Assembly (NCBI RefSeq): GCF_009914755.1
Contig: NC_060930.1
DNA length: 64,000 bases
Source: the human T2T-CHM13v2.0 reference genome, Homo sapiens
Reading direction: 5' to 3' (one strand)
Positions 25,291-40,029 of this stretch are shown piece after piece. Each line of letters starts with the position of its first letter. Within the stretch, counting starts at the first letter, position 1. The notes beneath the pieces were generated by a model. The model had not been told where the DNA came from. It was given only the letters and a program-made list of their open reading frames with translations, and did no database searches. The translations under genes and the position numbers were made by a program.

Positions 25291-28200
25291 GTCCTGAGTG
25301 TGTGCACGTGTGTGTGCGCATGTGTACACGTGGAATGCACATACGTGAGTGTGTGTGAGACAGGTCTTGTTCTGGCTTTTTCTCACATTGGGATGGAGCT
25401 CCTTAAAGTCCCAGCTTTATGCAGGAAGTGGGGCAAGAGGTCTGCCTGGGGCCAGCCCTGGGATTTGTCACCAGTTCCCCTGCCCTGTGAGGCTGTAAAC
25501 AGCCAAGCTCAAATTCACCAGGTTGTCACCTGGCCTCCAGGAGAAAGCTGGCTTTAACTGTCTCCTTCCTTGGGTTCCCTGCTCTAACACAGGGTTTGGC
25601 CTCTGCGTATTCCTTACTCCCCAGCTCACTCACACTTTTAAACATTCTTAAAGGGATACTTGATCCAGGACTTTCGGTTGTATTTCACATGAGGGCTAGC
25701 CACATGTAGTCTACCACGCCGCTAGAATGGAAGCTCAGGAATGCTTTTAAAGGGAGAGAAGATTCACTAAATGGCTTTTTAGCCTCTTCCGGAAAAGAAA
25801 GACAGCCGCAGACTTGCTGAGAAGAGTAGAGGGGAGTCTGTGCAGGAACAGCCCCCGGAGAGCGAGCTCCATCTGCGGCACGACTCCTGATAGCTCGTGG
25901 GTCCTCGGCCTTTGGTTACCAGGAAAGCTGGCTGCACCAGTGAACACATGCCACCCATGACAAAAATCCTCCAGTAGGCCGTTTTTGTAATTACTAAAAC
26001 GAAATAAAAATAACTAGACATTTGAACCAAAGACTCTTAAGAACCAGAAGGAACCTCCCATGTAGCAGGTTGGGCATCTTACTATTCAAGGGACGAGAAT
26101 TCAGATCATCTGAGGCCCAGGACCCATGCTCCTGGCAAAGCTGCTTCCATTCCAACCAGGGCCTAGGACGTTTAGAGCGGTAACGGCTCGCGAACTCTGG
26201 GGCCTTCTCTGCCCTTTAAACTGCCCTTTCTGCATCTCCGCAAATGTGTCTGCTTTTGCTGGTGTGAGCAAATGTGAAATGAAATGATGGGACCAGCTGC
26301 ATTTGTCCAATCAATTCCTTAGGAAACCATTTCTACAACAAGTTTCCCTTCCATTTCTAAAAAGCTAAATATAAGTGAGCCATTTAGTACAGCAGAACGA
26401 GTACCCTCAAGAATGGAAATCAGGCTGGTGACATGGGCGCTTGCTGGAATCTAGGTGAAACAAAGATGGCTTAATTTAAGATGAATAAATCTGCTACAAA
26501 ATCATAGGAGGAAGGGAAGCAGGAGAAGGAAAGAGAAAGGAAAATACCGGGTGCCATGTCAAGATCGCAGATAGAAGCTCTGAAATTTCAGGAGTGTGAG
26601 CCTATCTACTTGATAGAGGGCTGCTCAGCGAGACAAGGTCTCCATTTCAACCCTGGTCATTTTCAGAGTTTGAACTGCATCTATTCGATACAATGCTCAA
26701 ATGGATGCCGCAGAATCCGCGGAGGGAAAGCAATGTGCAGGAACAGGGCTGGGCTCTGTTTTCTCATCCATCCTAGAATATCACTTTTTCTTTTTCTGAC
26801 CAATGAAAGTGATTTAGCTTCCAAGAGTGGTCACTGCAGTCACCGCATGCACAGTGACAATCTAGGAGTGGGCTGGCTGCTCGGGCTCCTTTCCTCTTTG
26901 GGGAGAAGTCTCCGTTAAGCTACTCACTGAAGCTCCTCGGAACTGAGGCTGGGCTAATGTAAGGTTCCTAGAACACAGCAGCACTGAGTGGACAGAGACT
27001 ATGGGAAGAAAGGAGGAGAAGCAGCAAAACCAGCCTTGGCATTTCTCTCCTTTTTTTTCTCTTTCTATCCAAACTTGCCTTTCTGCCTCCCCACCCCGTC
27101 CCTGTTCATTTTAGTGACTGAGGAGAGAGGAACCTCCCAAGGATGTTTCCTCTCTGGTTTTAATTAAGCCCTGCCACTTCGCCACTGTTTCTGCCTTCGC
27201 CTTCATTGCCTGTTGTTCCCGTGGATTATTTTCTCTTCCCTTCTTCTCAGCCCTCAGTCTGCTGGTATTTTTATAAATCACAGTCAAGGCAAATTGGACT
27301 CTGAAAGTTGTGCTTATAAACGGTGACTGACAGATGGAGCGCCGCCACTTTTGCAGGGGCCTCCTTCCCACAGAAAAGACGTGCAAAGAGTGGAGAGCCA
27401 GGGCTTCCTGCACACACATGGGCTCCCAGTCCTGACATCGGCCATTCTGTCGGTGTGCTCATTCTGATAAATCCTCCAATCCTTAACCTCCCTGGGAAAC
27501 GTCAGTGTGAAGTCCTCACGGAAGCCTGGGGTGTTGGTGTCTGACACGGTGTTTTAGGTATGGCTCCGTGACCCCTTCCACTTCATCTTGAAAATTATCT
27601 TCAATGATTTGCTTTATAAAGACTCATTACTAGCATCGGGGAATGAGACGGTAGCTACTGACTGACATGAGTGTATTAAGATGCACAGGAACGATCTCCG
27701 AGAAGCCTCACACTCGGGGCAGGTGGAACACGAATGCAGATTAGGTCAAGCCACAGTGTTTCCTCGTGGAACAGCTTTAGATGGGACCATTTCCGGTCTG
27801 GGCAGTGGGATGAGTGCCCAAAGGGGCTGAATACATCTGTATTATTTAGCACAACTTTAAAATAACGCCAGGTAAAAACCCGGTGACAGTGATACCAGGA
27901 CGCATGCCTGGTGTGCACCCAATGGGACATTATTTATGCTAGTGTGTCACCCTGACTGGGAAAACTTTTTTTTTTTTTTGTCTCTGAGATATATAGTATG
28001 AAACTGCACTAAGAGATGAGAGAAAACTGATAACACGGGATTTAAAATCACAAGTGGAAAAACCTACATCATCATAAACTACATCATCAGTATAACCAAG
28101 AAAACTACAGTCATATCCCAGTGAGACCTATTGGGATAAATTTCCTACTTCTTTAGCAGAAAAGGGAAAATAGAAATTCTACAACTATCATCTTCTCCCA

Positions 28201-28427
28201 GACTCAATTATCGATGTGTCCAATGTGATCTCCTCATTCTTTTTCAAAAGCAACATATTGGTGAATGTTTGGTCAATACCTCTACCAGAATAAGTTGATG
28301 GCTGCGATGTTTCCATTAAGAAGAATAAAAAATGCTGAGTCAACTAGGATGTAAAGAAAACGCACATCCCAAGAGCGCCCAGCTGTTGGGAACGCTGAGC
28401 TGGTGGGCTCTTCTCACACAAAGTTAG

Positions 28428-28568
<141 letters not shown>

Positions 28569-29589
28569 TAGTTTCTATTTCAAGTGTACTGAGCAAAATC
28601 GCAAGGCTATATTGATCAGACCGTTCAGATACCCAGCAGAGGGACGCTTGCTGGGGTAAGAGAGGCCGGTGACGTGCGTCCTCCTCTCCAGCAGCTGAAA
28701 TGGGAGTGTGCACGGGGCCAACTCACTCTACAATGCTGCAACACCACCGACTTAGAGGAAGGAAGGCAGTTTGGGCTCTGCAAGGAAAGGCTGCTTAAGT
28801 AATGGATTTTTAAAAAATGGTCCACCAAATCCATGGCAATCAGTATCACAGCTGATGGGGTGATGGGGAAAGTCTCATCCCCAAAATGGTTCTGAAAGGT
28901 CGGCAGCTGAGTTGGCAGCTGAGTGCCCGCTCTCCGGCAGTGGTGCTGGTGCCCAACTGGTCATGCACGGTGTTTGTGATCTGGATGAGAGCTGGCAGAG
29001 CAAAACTGTTAGGCTGCAGATCAGGATGAATTATTCAAATTGATAACATCTTAGCAAATGGAGAGGATGTGCTAGAAGATCAGAAGAGGCCATTCCGGCA
29101 GGCAGAGTGATGGCGGCAGCCGCTTAACCCATGGCACGTGTGCAGCACGAGGTCATGTTTTCAAAAAAACAGTAATTGTGCCTTATATGGAACTTTATAT
29201 TAATTGTGATAGAGAGTAGTCAGCTGCAATGCAGGAAAGGATGGAAAGAGTAACTGAGTCCGTGTTTTAGAAAAAGAAATACCACTGTGAGTGGAAACGC
29301 ACCTGCCCTATGGGGCAGACTGGCGGGCCCTGAACAGAAAGCCTGCTTCTATTCTGTACAAATTCCATGGTCGACCAATAGGCATAACGTGCACACCTTC
29401 TGACCCAGGGACCTCACTCCTCAGAATTCATCAAAAACATTTACACATAGAAAGCTGTAACATTATTTATAACAGTGAAGAAATAAGAAACAATTGAAAC
29501 GTCCAGCAAGTGGGGAAGAATAAGGAAAATGATGATCTATCCACCAAATGAAAGTTTACGTAGGCTTTCAGAGTGATTGCGCTTTTTCC

Positions 29590-31452
29590 CATTACTCCAA
29601 AAAGATGAAATACTTACATATAAAGTAACAAAACAAGTATAGTATCTGTGTGTCAAAAATTACGGAACATATTATTGGAAGAAATCAAAGATCTAAATAA
29701 ATGGAGAGACATGTCATGTTGACAGCTCAGAAGAGCCAACATGGTAAAGATGTTAAGTGTTCACAAATGCACCTGTAGGTATAAACTCCCATCAAAATCT
29801 GAGCAAGCATTTTTTTAAGTATAGAGAAGTTTATTCTAAAATTTCATGGAAAAGCAAAAGACCTGTAATACCCAATTTTGAAAAAACACTAAAGTGGGAG
29901 GAATCTCTCTACAGATGCTAAGGTTTGCTACATAGCTACAGTAATCAAGATGGTGTGCTATTGGTGAAGGGGTAGACACACAGATCAATGGAATGGAATA
30001 GAGGACCCAGGAATAGAAGCATTCAAATACACCCAGCTGCTTTTGGAAAAGCAATTCAATAGAGGAAAGGCAGCCTTTTTGACGAATGATGCTGGAGCAC
30101 TGGACTTTCATAGGCAAAGAAAAAAAGACATTTAACCTAAATTCCATCTCTTATACAATAATTAACTGAAAATGGATCACAGACATAAATATAAAACATA
30201 AACTACAAAACTTCTAGAAGAAAACATAGGGGAAAATTGTCCAAACTTAGGGCTAGGGAAAAATTCTTAGACATGACACCCAAACCATGATTCATCAAAG
30301 AAAAAAGTGATAAATCAAACTTCATCAAAATTTAAAGCTTTTGCTTTGCAAAGACTCTGTGAAGGAGATGAAAAGACAAGCTATAGAGTGGGAGAAAATG
30401 TTTAAACCACACATCCAACAAAGGTTCTGCATCCATAATGTATAAGGAATTCTCCAAAGTCAATAGTAAAACAAAACAATCCATTAGAAAATGGGGGAGA
30501 CAAGCAGATATTTCACCACTGAAGATACACAGATGACAAATAAGCACATGAGAATATACTCAATATCATTAGTCATCAGAGAAGTGGAGAGCCGCAATAA
30601 AGTATCAGTACATACCCATCAGAATTGCTAAAATAAAAAAATAGTGATAAACATCAAACATCGGTGAGGATGCAGAGAAACTGGACCTTGTACGTTGCTG
30701 GTGTAAATATAAAATGTTCCAGCCATTGTAGAAAACAGTCTGGCCAGTGTCTTACAAAACAAAACATCCCAGCAAACGTATTCCAGGGCATTTATCTCAG
30801 AGAAATGAAAACTAAGCTCACACAAAAACCTGTACTCAAATGTTCATAGCAGCTTTATTTGTGATGCAAAAACTCGAACAGCCCAAATGGTCTTCAATGA
30901 ATGAATGGTTCAACAAGCTGCAGTACATCACATCATGGAATACTATACACAAATGCAAAGGAACAAACTACTGTTAGTCACAAGTTGTATGGATCTCCAG
31001 AAAATTACGCTCAGTGAAAAAAAGCAAATCTCAAAGGATTATACAATGTATGATTCCATTTACATATTTTTTGAAATGCAAAATTATAGAGGTGAACAGT
31101 TTAGTGGTTGCCAGAGGTGAGGGATGGTTGGTGTTGGGGGGGTGTGTGTGTCCATAAAAGGGTACCATGGGGGATATCTGTGGCGATGGGACAGTTCTGT
31201 ATCTTCATCAGGATGGTATTGCCACAAATTACACATGTGATATATTTGCAGAGAACTCATATACACACACACGAGTACACGTAAAACTGGTAAAATACGA
31301 ATAAGGTCTGTTGATTGTACCAAATGTGAAATTCCTCGTTTTCATACTGCCCTGTGGTTGTACAAGGTGGAGCCCGGCTGAAGCACAAAGGACCTCTGCC
31401 ACGTGTTTTGCAGCTTCCTGTGACTCTATAATCATTTAAAAATTTTAAAAAT
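29590..31452 (+). mobile_element. Old L1M (L1MD-like): decayed ORF2 3' part and 3' UTR
   Basis: GAAATCAAAGATCTAAATAAATGGAGAGAC, CTTCTAGAAGAAAACATAGG and a 3' end CTTCCTGTGACTCTATAATCATTTAAAAA. Confidence 0.8.
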
Positions 31453-32202
31453 GGTAAAAAGTGATTTTTAAGTCTATTTGCCAATATTGAAAGAGCTTTG
31501 TTATAAGATTTAAAGAAAGCAGAAAAATAAACGTCATGTATATGATGATTACCGTGACATTTTTACAAGGTAGGAAAAATATTTATGGAAAATACGTCAA
31601 GATATTAGAAGTGATAGTATTAGAAAATATAAATGATTAATTTTCTCCCCTTTGTTTTCTGAATTTCCTATACAGAAATAGAAAACTGGCCAAGTTTCTA
31701 TACAAGGACATTTAAAATGATAAACTATGCGACATTCCCTCTGTTTACTCACTGCTATCCTATTCAGCTGCACTGAACTATAATGGAAAGTTCAGGCAAA
31801 ATTAACTGTGAGTTTTCAAAAGCAAATAAGATCAAACAACTTGCTGCAAGGGAAAAAAAAATGGAAGCCAATGGAAAACAATTTGGATATCATTTCTGGA
31901 TCAAAGAATAAACCTATTAATTGGTAAAAAAAAAGAAGGACTCAATATTTTTAAAGCTATTAACATTTTTTATACTCAACACACAGATTCCTCCCGTGCA
32001 TGAACATGGAATGTCCAATCAGGGTACAGATGGCGAACATGGACGCCTGCAATATGGACGGCAACATGCACTTCCCAGCACTGCGGGCAGTCAGGGAGGC
32101 AGTTCACAGATTTTTTCCTGGGAGGTGGGTGTCTCTAGGGGTGGGTGGCAACAATTTACTGGAAACTGACAAACAAAAGAACTTGTTTTAAAGTGAAATT
32201 AG

Positions 32203-32475
32203 GGTTGGGCGCGATGGCTCACGCCTGTAATCCCAGCACTTTGGGAGGCCAAGGCGGGCAGATCACGAGGTCAGGAGATCGAGACCATCCTGGCTAACAC
32301 GGCGAAACCCCGTCTCTACTAAAATACAAAAAATTAGCCAGGCGTGGTGGCGGGCGCCTGTAGTCCCAGCTACTCGGGAGGCTGAGGCAGCGGAATCGCT
32401 TGAACCTGGGAGGCGGAGGTTGCAGTGAGCCGAGATCACGACACTCCAGCCTGGCAACAGAGCCGGACTCTATCT

Positions 32476-32508
<33 letters not shown>
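32203..32508 (+). mobile_element. Young Alu (AluY/AluSc8-like)
   Basis: GAGATCGAGACCATCCTGGCTAACACGG, a long pure A tail, and TSD GTGAAATTAG on both sides. Confidence 0.93.
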
Positions 32509-32512
<4 letters not shown>

Positions 32513-34610
32513 GTGAAATTAGGTACTACTCTCTGTAACACTAATTAGATAACTGAGTTAAGTGTGATACATTTATTTCTTTTACATTAAGTAGTTTTCT
32601 AGACATAAATATGAAGGGTTCAATTTTTTTTTCTTTCAAAGTCCTTAGGATTAACTCAAGCAAAACCAGCGACCATCTCTTTTGTAATGTATGTGTGTGT
32701 TGGACTGATGCTCCCCTAATCTTTGAAGGAAGGTTCAATGTGAATGGTATTCTCCAATGCATAAATGAGATAATTGGGGCAATGGAAGAGAACTACTTCT
32801 GCAATACTCTCTGGTCCTAACTACTTTTTCAGTTTCCTGCTAAAAGTAGATCATTCCGGATCTCCTTGAGAGAGGATTTCCAATGTGGCCAGTGGAGTTT
32901 CAGAAGACATGTGGCATGTGGCAGCCCCTGCTCTGTGTGCTATTTCCTATCCTGACGATTCTTACGAATGGAAGCCCTACGAAAAACAATCAACACTCCA
33001 GAATTAGGTTTCAATGATGTCAGAGGTAACGTGCAGATCATCATTTAGCAGTTTCCAAAACTGTTGAAAAGATGAAACTTTTGGACAAAAACCTCATTCA
33101 AAGGAGTTCATTAAATAGCCATCCTTCTTTCTTTTCTTTTTAAACTAACCTAGTTATTGCATTCTAAAAGATTATGAAGCATTTTGTTAAAAAAAAAATT
33201 AGATATGGTGCAAAGTTTAGAAACGGCCTCACCAGCCCACCAGGCACCTGATCACCCTCCATCCCTGAGCCTGCAGAATGGTGAGAGCAAGAAGGACTTG
33301 GCACAGAACAATAACTTGAATGGAATTAAGCTGACTGCTGAAATGCAAACATGCGGTAGGCTTTGCCAATATGAGCTACAAATTACGGATTTCCGAACAG
33401 TCTTGGGCACAGATAGGGTATTTCAAGTGAGGCGACAAACTGAAATCGTTGACACAGCACAATGCCCTTGCAGACCGCCTTCCGACACAGCTTAATTCTA
33501 TCAGCGTTTCCATTGTCATTCGCAAGCAGCACAGACTGACAGGCTGAAGACCCACACCTAGTGGATTTCACCCGCCTAGAGATCCTTGTTACCCAGTGCT
33601 GCTCCAAAGCAGCTCCCTGACCCCATGAACACTTACAGGGGAACTCAGGGGCTGTGCATGGATTAAATACAGTCTCAATTCTCAATTTCACAGGTCTTTG
33701 ACCCCCCACAGGACAGGCCACATTTTGTACTAATGCCTGCTTATCCCCTCCTACCTCGCAAAGCGTCTGGCACCATCCTTCCTCAGTCTTTGTTCAAGGA
33801 ATCGATGAAAACTTGTGAAATGGTTTAGAGCGGTGCTTGGCGGTCCCCAGGAGGCCCTGCTCAAATGCCAGGCTGCAGAATCACCCAGTGGCATGGCCTC
33901 ACCCACATGATGACAGCCAATCCCTCTGTGTGGCGAAAGATGTGGGCTTGAGAACTTTCTACACTCCAGAAGCCATTACTGGCACAATATATAAGTGTTC
34001 AAGATCAAAAGAAATTGTATTATAAAAGTTTTTTTTTTAAATCTACCCTAGCTTGAGGTTTGGTAAAATGCCTTGGCCACATCCCCCAACTGCAGGTGTC
34101 CTGTTCTGCATCTGGACCACACGCCTTGCCTGGGAGAGACTTCAGTGATGGAGGAGACAATCCCAAAAGGTTTCTGAAGCTCTCACAGTCACATGCCAAA
34201 AAGTCCACTATTTATTTTAGAAAAAAGGATTTGGAAACTTGGTTAGGAAACCCATGCATCGAGGATGCTATTTCCGAATTGCTAAGTAAAAAGTTTATCA
34301 TTTCCTATGCACAAAAACGACCAGCTCTTTTTCAGTGGCATAGCAGGGATGGGCCGATAACCACGCTGGTCCCTGGAGGCTAATGTGGGCTGTATCCTGG
34401 CAATGGCCACAGGTGTGCAATGGCTCTCTACGGATTCTGCAGTCTAGCTTTGACATTGATCTACTAGGTTTTAGTAACAGCTTGACATCTGAATGGTTTA
34501 TTATCATTAGCATATGAACACACACTTATATAATATTGCTGAATGTAAAATTCTCAAGGTAGGCTCAACTCAAACCCTGGAGGCAGCATGTGTCTTAGCC
34601 ACTTACTCAT

Positions 34611-34936
<326 letters not shown>

Positions 34937-35100
34937 TAGTCCCACTTTTTTTTTTTTTTCCTTAAACTCCTTAATGCAAGAAAATGCTTGGGAAAGAAAC
35001 AGGAGTCATTTAAAAAAAAAAAAAAAGGCACCCACTCGTGGTGTTCCCAAGTAGCAAACTGACTGGGCAGAGTGGGAAGGACTCAGAGACAACTCACTGA

Positions 35101-35183
35101 CCCGCCCCGCCAGCCCTCTTTCTCTGCTGGCTCTGACGTGGGCCAGTCAGCCCTGACTCAATGCTCACATATTATCACACGTG
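35101..35183. promoter_or_regulatory. Candidate intronic enhancer: GC box, CRE/UPRE-like, AP-1 and E-box cluster
   Basis: CCCGCCCC 35101, TGACGTGG 35134, TGACTCA 35154 and CACGTG 35178, all within 83 bp. Motif evidence only. Confidence 0.4.
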
Positions 35184-36820
35184 CGGCTCATCCCATTGTT
35201 AGAGGATACCATTGCTGAGCCAAACACAGGGCACTGCTTTAAACAGACTTGGCTAATTTCTGCACCCATTACAAGCTGATACGTTAAAAAAAGAAAGCCA
35301 GCCTACTATCATCTGTTTTCAAATGTTTCCAAATTGCTCTTCTTTCTCAGAATGACAGCTTTGGAACATTAGCGCAAATCCCCACCGAGATTTGCATCCG
35401 TATTCTTGGATCTTATTCAGAACTTAGCCCTGCTGAAAAATACACAGTTAGGTCAAAGTCTGTTCATGGGAAACTAGTATGCGTATTTCAGAAGGAGCTC
35501 TCACCTACAGGCTACCCCGAGGCAGTGGCTGGAAACTGCACCAAACCCTGTGTGTGTATCTGTCTATCTGTCTGTCCAGGCAAGAACATTTGGAATTTTC
35601 TAGTGCAGTTCTTGGTGCTGCCATCACTGAAGCAACTGATGCAGTTCGTAAGTTCAGCTTTCTGCTACTTCTTCCCACAGAGTGACATATTTTTCTTATT
35701 AGACTTAGAGCTTTTCAAATAATGATGACCTGAGAAGCGACTGCTACCCCTTTCCCAGAAGTAAGAGATCTGCAAAATTTTGCTCGTTCGTGAGCATTTT
35801 AGCTTCTGTTTCAAGTCTTAAGACTAACATATTCCCAGACTGTCAGGCCAGTTTTATGAAGCTGAATGTGATATAAAGCTTAACCTGCCTCCTTTTGTTG
35901 TAAACATTGGATGCAAAGAAGAATTAACCATGGAACTAGAAGCTGCTGGCTGAATAAAAATCCCACGGGAATTTCTGTTCCCTTTCTATTCCTCTTCCCA
36001 GCTCCGGATGTGCATCCTGTGTGGGGACAGAGAGAAACATTCAGGGACAAAACCTAAGTCACGAGGTCTGATGCGATGTGAGAACTCGCGGCTGGCACGC
36101 GGGTGGCCATGGGGGGGTGGGGGTCCCACTCCAGCACAGGACTCCATCCTCCTCCACTGCAGCCTGAAAGCAGGGGGCAAAACCAACCTGCTGTCTGAAA
36201 GGGTTTTGTTTTTTTGTTTTTTTCTAAGCAAACAAGTCTGACCTTCCATCCCTAGGAAAGGCCTACTTATGATGAGAATTCTGATGTCAATGTGAGGAGA
36301 CACTGCCCAGACCAGCAACTCCACAGCAAGTCAGAAATACAGAGATTGCCCACCGCATGAAAAATGTCTCCAGTTTTACAAAGGTCAATTGGTAATTTAC
36401 AAAACCTGATTTTGAGATGACTTTAGGAAATTGTTGCTTCTATACTTTTTCTCTACAGAGCTAGAATACTGTTCAAGCGACAGCAGAAAACATCAGTTCC
36501 CTAAACCCAATGTAAAAATTGATGATTTCTCTAGCAATTTGGGCTCAAAGACACTGCAATAGCTTGAACCAGGAACATACATCCTAAGCAGGTAAATCTG
36601 TTTTCTTCCCAGGTACGTGGTAGGTTTTACAATGGGAAAGGGACTCCTCCAAGTCACGGTTATTTGTGCATCTCTTCATAAGTGACAGGGGTGAGAAGAA
36701 TTGCACGCTGGCTTCTGGACAGGAATACAGTTCTAAGCAGCATTCATCAGGCCGCACTCTGGCCCACTTCCTTGTTGTGAAAAGTCACATAGCTCTAGAC
36801 ACTGACCACCTGCACCCCTA

Positions 36821-37193
36821 TTGTTCTGGGCTCTCCGACCTTGGAGCCATAAAGCTTTTGTTTAAGGATCACTTAAGATGTTTTTCAGACCCTGAATTCC
36901 AGCAACCAGTTTGAAGACCCCCACAGAGGAATGGCATTGGTGTAGAATATAGCTTCTTCCTCTCCCTGTCCCACGAAGTCACCCTGTACTCTTCCACAAA
37001 TCAACAATCTCCACGCTGCAGCCACTCCAAAAGCCACAATCCTGAGCCCAAATTCCTCGGGGAGGTGGATTTGAGGTTTTCTCCCATCGCCTCATTCAGG
37101 GATGCTACGATTGAGCCTCTTTCTCTGCTGCAACCCAGTATCTCGGTGTACTGACTCCTGTGTGCATCGGGCAAAGAACCTATTACGCTTACA
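36821..37193 (+). mobile_element. ERV1-class LTR (MER65-like), probably partial
   Basis: GGGGAGGTGGATTTGAGGTTTTCTCCCATC...CTCTTTCTCTGCTGCAACCC...GGGCAAAGAACCTATTACGCTTACA. Confidence 0.6.
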
Positions 37194-39010
37194 TTTCCCA
37201 GTCACCTTTCATGTTTGAGGTTTCATCATTCTGAAAGGTGACACAGAATCATCATGGAACAAGAGCATCCTTCTCCCTACCCAGATAGGTCCTTCATCTG
37301 GGCGTCATCAGAGAGGTGGGCTGCTGTCACCTCACTTATAGGTAAAAATATACTTTAGGCAGACTGTGGGGAAAAGGAAGGAGACTAGAGGATGCTGCTC
37401 TAGGAAGGATGGCCCAGGGTGGAGGTGATGGGGAATCCTAGAGTGACAGTTGCTAAGTGGGGTATCTGGGGGAAAACAGTTGGGGCAGTGAGCTCAGGAC
37501 TGGAGTGAAAGGGCCACGGCTAGAAGCCCTGGGGTAAGAAGATGCAATTTCTGATTATTTCTCCTGTAATCCAGGGGTTATCCATATGCACTTATCTGGA
37601 GCTGGTCTTTGGGGAGCAGTGAATAGCCTGTTCCTGGACCCTCTTTCTCTCTTCTGCAAAGTCCTGGATGGGCAGGAAATCAGGTGGCTCTCTCCTGTGC
37701 AAGAGTCCTTGTTCCAGGCCCTACCTGTTGGGGTTCTCTGCTCGGGTTCAGACAGAGCCTCACCCACTGGGTGCAAATTCACTCACACCAACTCCTCAGC
37801 TCCACAGGCGACTGACTGTAGATGTTACTACATTTTCATTTTTCTTGGCTTGTAAGTCCCTAATGACTTTTCCCCCTACTACCTGACATGTTAGAAATGG
37901 TCATTCCCATAGCCACTGAAAGATACCCATGTTAATCTCCACCTCTGAGTCAACTGGCCTTGTAAGCACACTAACCCTTCATCACAGAAGAAAGTGAATT
38001 ATGTGAGTGGGTTGTGGTTGGGAACCACTTACTCCTGAGAAGACAGCAGAATCCCACCACTAACCTATAGGAATGAAGATGACCAAGTCATGCTGGAATA
38101 GACTCAAGAGTACAGAGGTGGGCAACTGGCACACCCAAAGGAACACAGGACATAATACAAACCTTCCTTTCCCACCACAATAATAAAACCCCAAAGAGAA
38201 TGTAATGTTACTGTTTCTCTGTGGAGCAGAATCCCTCTGAGTCCAGCTGTCTGAATCGGGCGTCGTTATTCTAGGTAGGCCACCCACAGCCTTCCAGTAA
38301 GCTCCACCAGAAACCCAAACAAAACACAACAAAAAAAACTTGTCAGGGCAGTCTTTGTAAAAGTACAATCCCCTAATGAACATTTTCTATTGTTTCACCC
38401 AGGCAGATTTAGAAGCCCGCTAGAGGCTGGTATGCTGGGCGTGGACTCAGTGTGTAGCTGGTGTCCAGTGTTCTGGCCAAGTCCACGAGTTCTCAGGCAA
38501 GTGCCAAGAAACCTGCATGCCAGCAACCAGACCACGGGGCATTAGCCGGGGCTGACTCATCACATCCCGCCTCGCCAAACACGTTTTCTCTTCCTGTTAC
38601 CCAGTGCCAAGTGGCTGTGCTGAACAAGAGGGCACAAAGTAGAACATGCCCTCCCCCTCTCTGCTAAGTTCCTCCCTGATCTACGGCAGGCAGTTCCCAC
38701 CCAGCCAACAGGCAGAGGCAGCTGCAGCCTGAGTGCGCAGAGGGTAGCTCCTGCCGGGGTGAGGACCGTGGGCGCGGAGCATGCTTCCCAAGAACAGCCC
38801 GCAGGGAAGACGCCCAAAACCTAAATCGACATAAACACGGTCCTGGCCACCACGTCCCCCACAGACTCAATGGTCAGGTGGCCGGGGTCACTCTGAAAAT
38901 GAACTGTTCTCCCACTGAGCTGTGCCTCAACCCAAATTAACCTGAAGTTCTGTTTACAGGGATTGAGAGAAATGAATGGATTGAATTATGCTAATATCTT
39001 CCCTTCCCAT

Positions 39011-39226
39011 AATCCTAATTGAGTGATATGGTCTGGCCTTAGAGTTTCTCTGGCACCTTTGTCAAATGACAGAAAAATCAGCTTTTGTGTTTTTGTGTCT
39101 GTTATTAAAAAATGTTTTAATGAAGTATTATACCACATAATAGATATATAGAAAAGTCCAGGCAACTTACAGAAATAATACAGATAAATTACAAGAAAGT
39201 TGTTATTCCCAGGCAAATATCCAGAG
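39011..39226 (+). repeat. Dispersed direct repeat, copy 1 (copy 2 at 41140-41360)
   Basis: Shared exact blocks ATATGGTCTGGCCTTAGAGTTTC and AGAAAAATCAGCTTTTGTGTTTTT; collinear over about 220 bp. Confidence 0.92.
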
Positions 39227-39372
39227 TTCAAAATGAAACTCGAAATCCTTCTAGTCTCTATATACAGACTTTCCTCACTCTGTGAACCCTCACTATCCTA
39301 ATATTTTCCATAACAACTTGCAAAACATTTTAGCCCCAGTTCACCATCCAAATAGAAAGCCTGTTACACCAG

Positions 39373-40029
39373 TGTATGTCAGGGTTCTTCAGAAAAACAA
39401 AACCAGTAGGTGATATGTGTGTATGTGTGTGGGTGTGGGTGTGTATAGAGATGTATATGTATATACAGAGGGGTGTGTGTGTGTGTGTATATATGTATGT
39501 GTATATATAGGTGTGTATGTATGTGTATATATAGGTGTGTATGTATGTGTCTATAGATTTGTATGTGTATATATATAGGGGTGTGTACATATATATGTAT
39601 GTATATATAAAGATGTGTATGTGTGTATTACATCTATGTATGTGGGGAGAGAGAGAGAGAGAGAGAGAATGAATCAGCCCCCACACATATAGAAGCTGAC
39701 GAGTCCCAAGGTCTCCAGTTAGCAGGCTAGAGACCCAGGAAGAACTGATGTTTTAGTTCAAGTCCAAAGGCAGGAAAACACCAATGTCACAGCTCAAGCT
39801 GTCAGGCAGGAGGCGTCCCTCTTCCTTGGGACAGGGCCAGCCCCTTTGCTCTGTTCAGACTTTGGCTGGTGGAGGAGGCCTACCCGTATCTAGGGGGCAA
39901 CTGCCTCACTCAGTCCAGTGACTCAGATGTTAAAACCATCCACAAACACCCTCACAGACATACCCAGAATAAGGGTTAACTAAATATCTGTGCATGTGTG
40001 GCCAAGTTGACACATGACATTAATCTGCA
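39373..40029 (-). mobile_element. ERV-L solo LTR, MLT2C/D-type, with expanded (TG/TA)n(GA)n tract at about 39413-39668
   Basis: CAGGGTTCTTCAGAAAAACAAAACCAGTAGG...ACACCCTCACAGACATACCCAGAA...CAAGTTGACACAT is the reverse complement of an MLT2 LTR. Confidence 0.8.
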
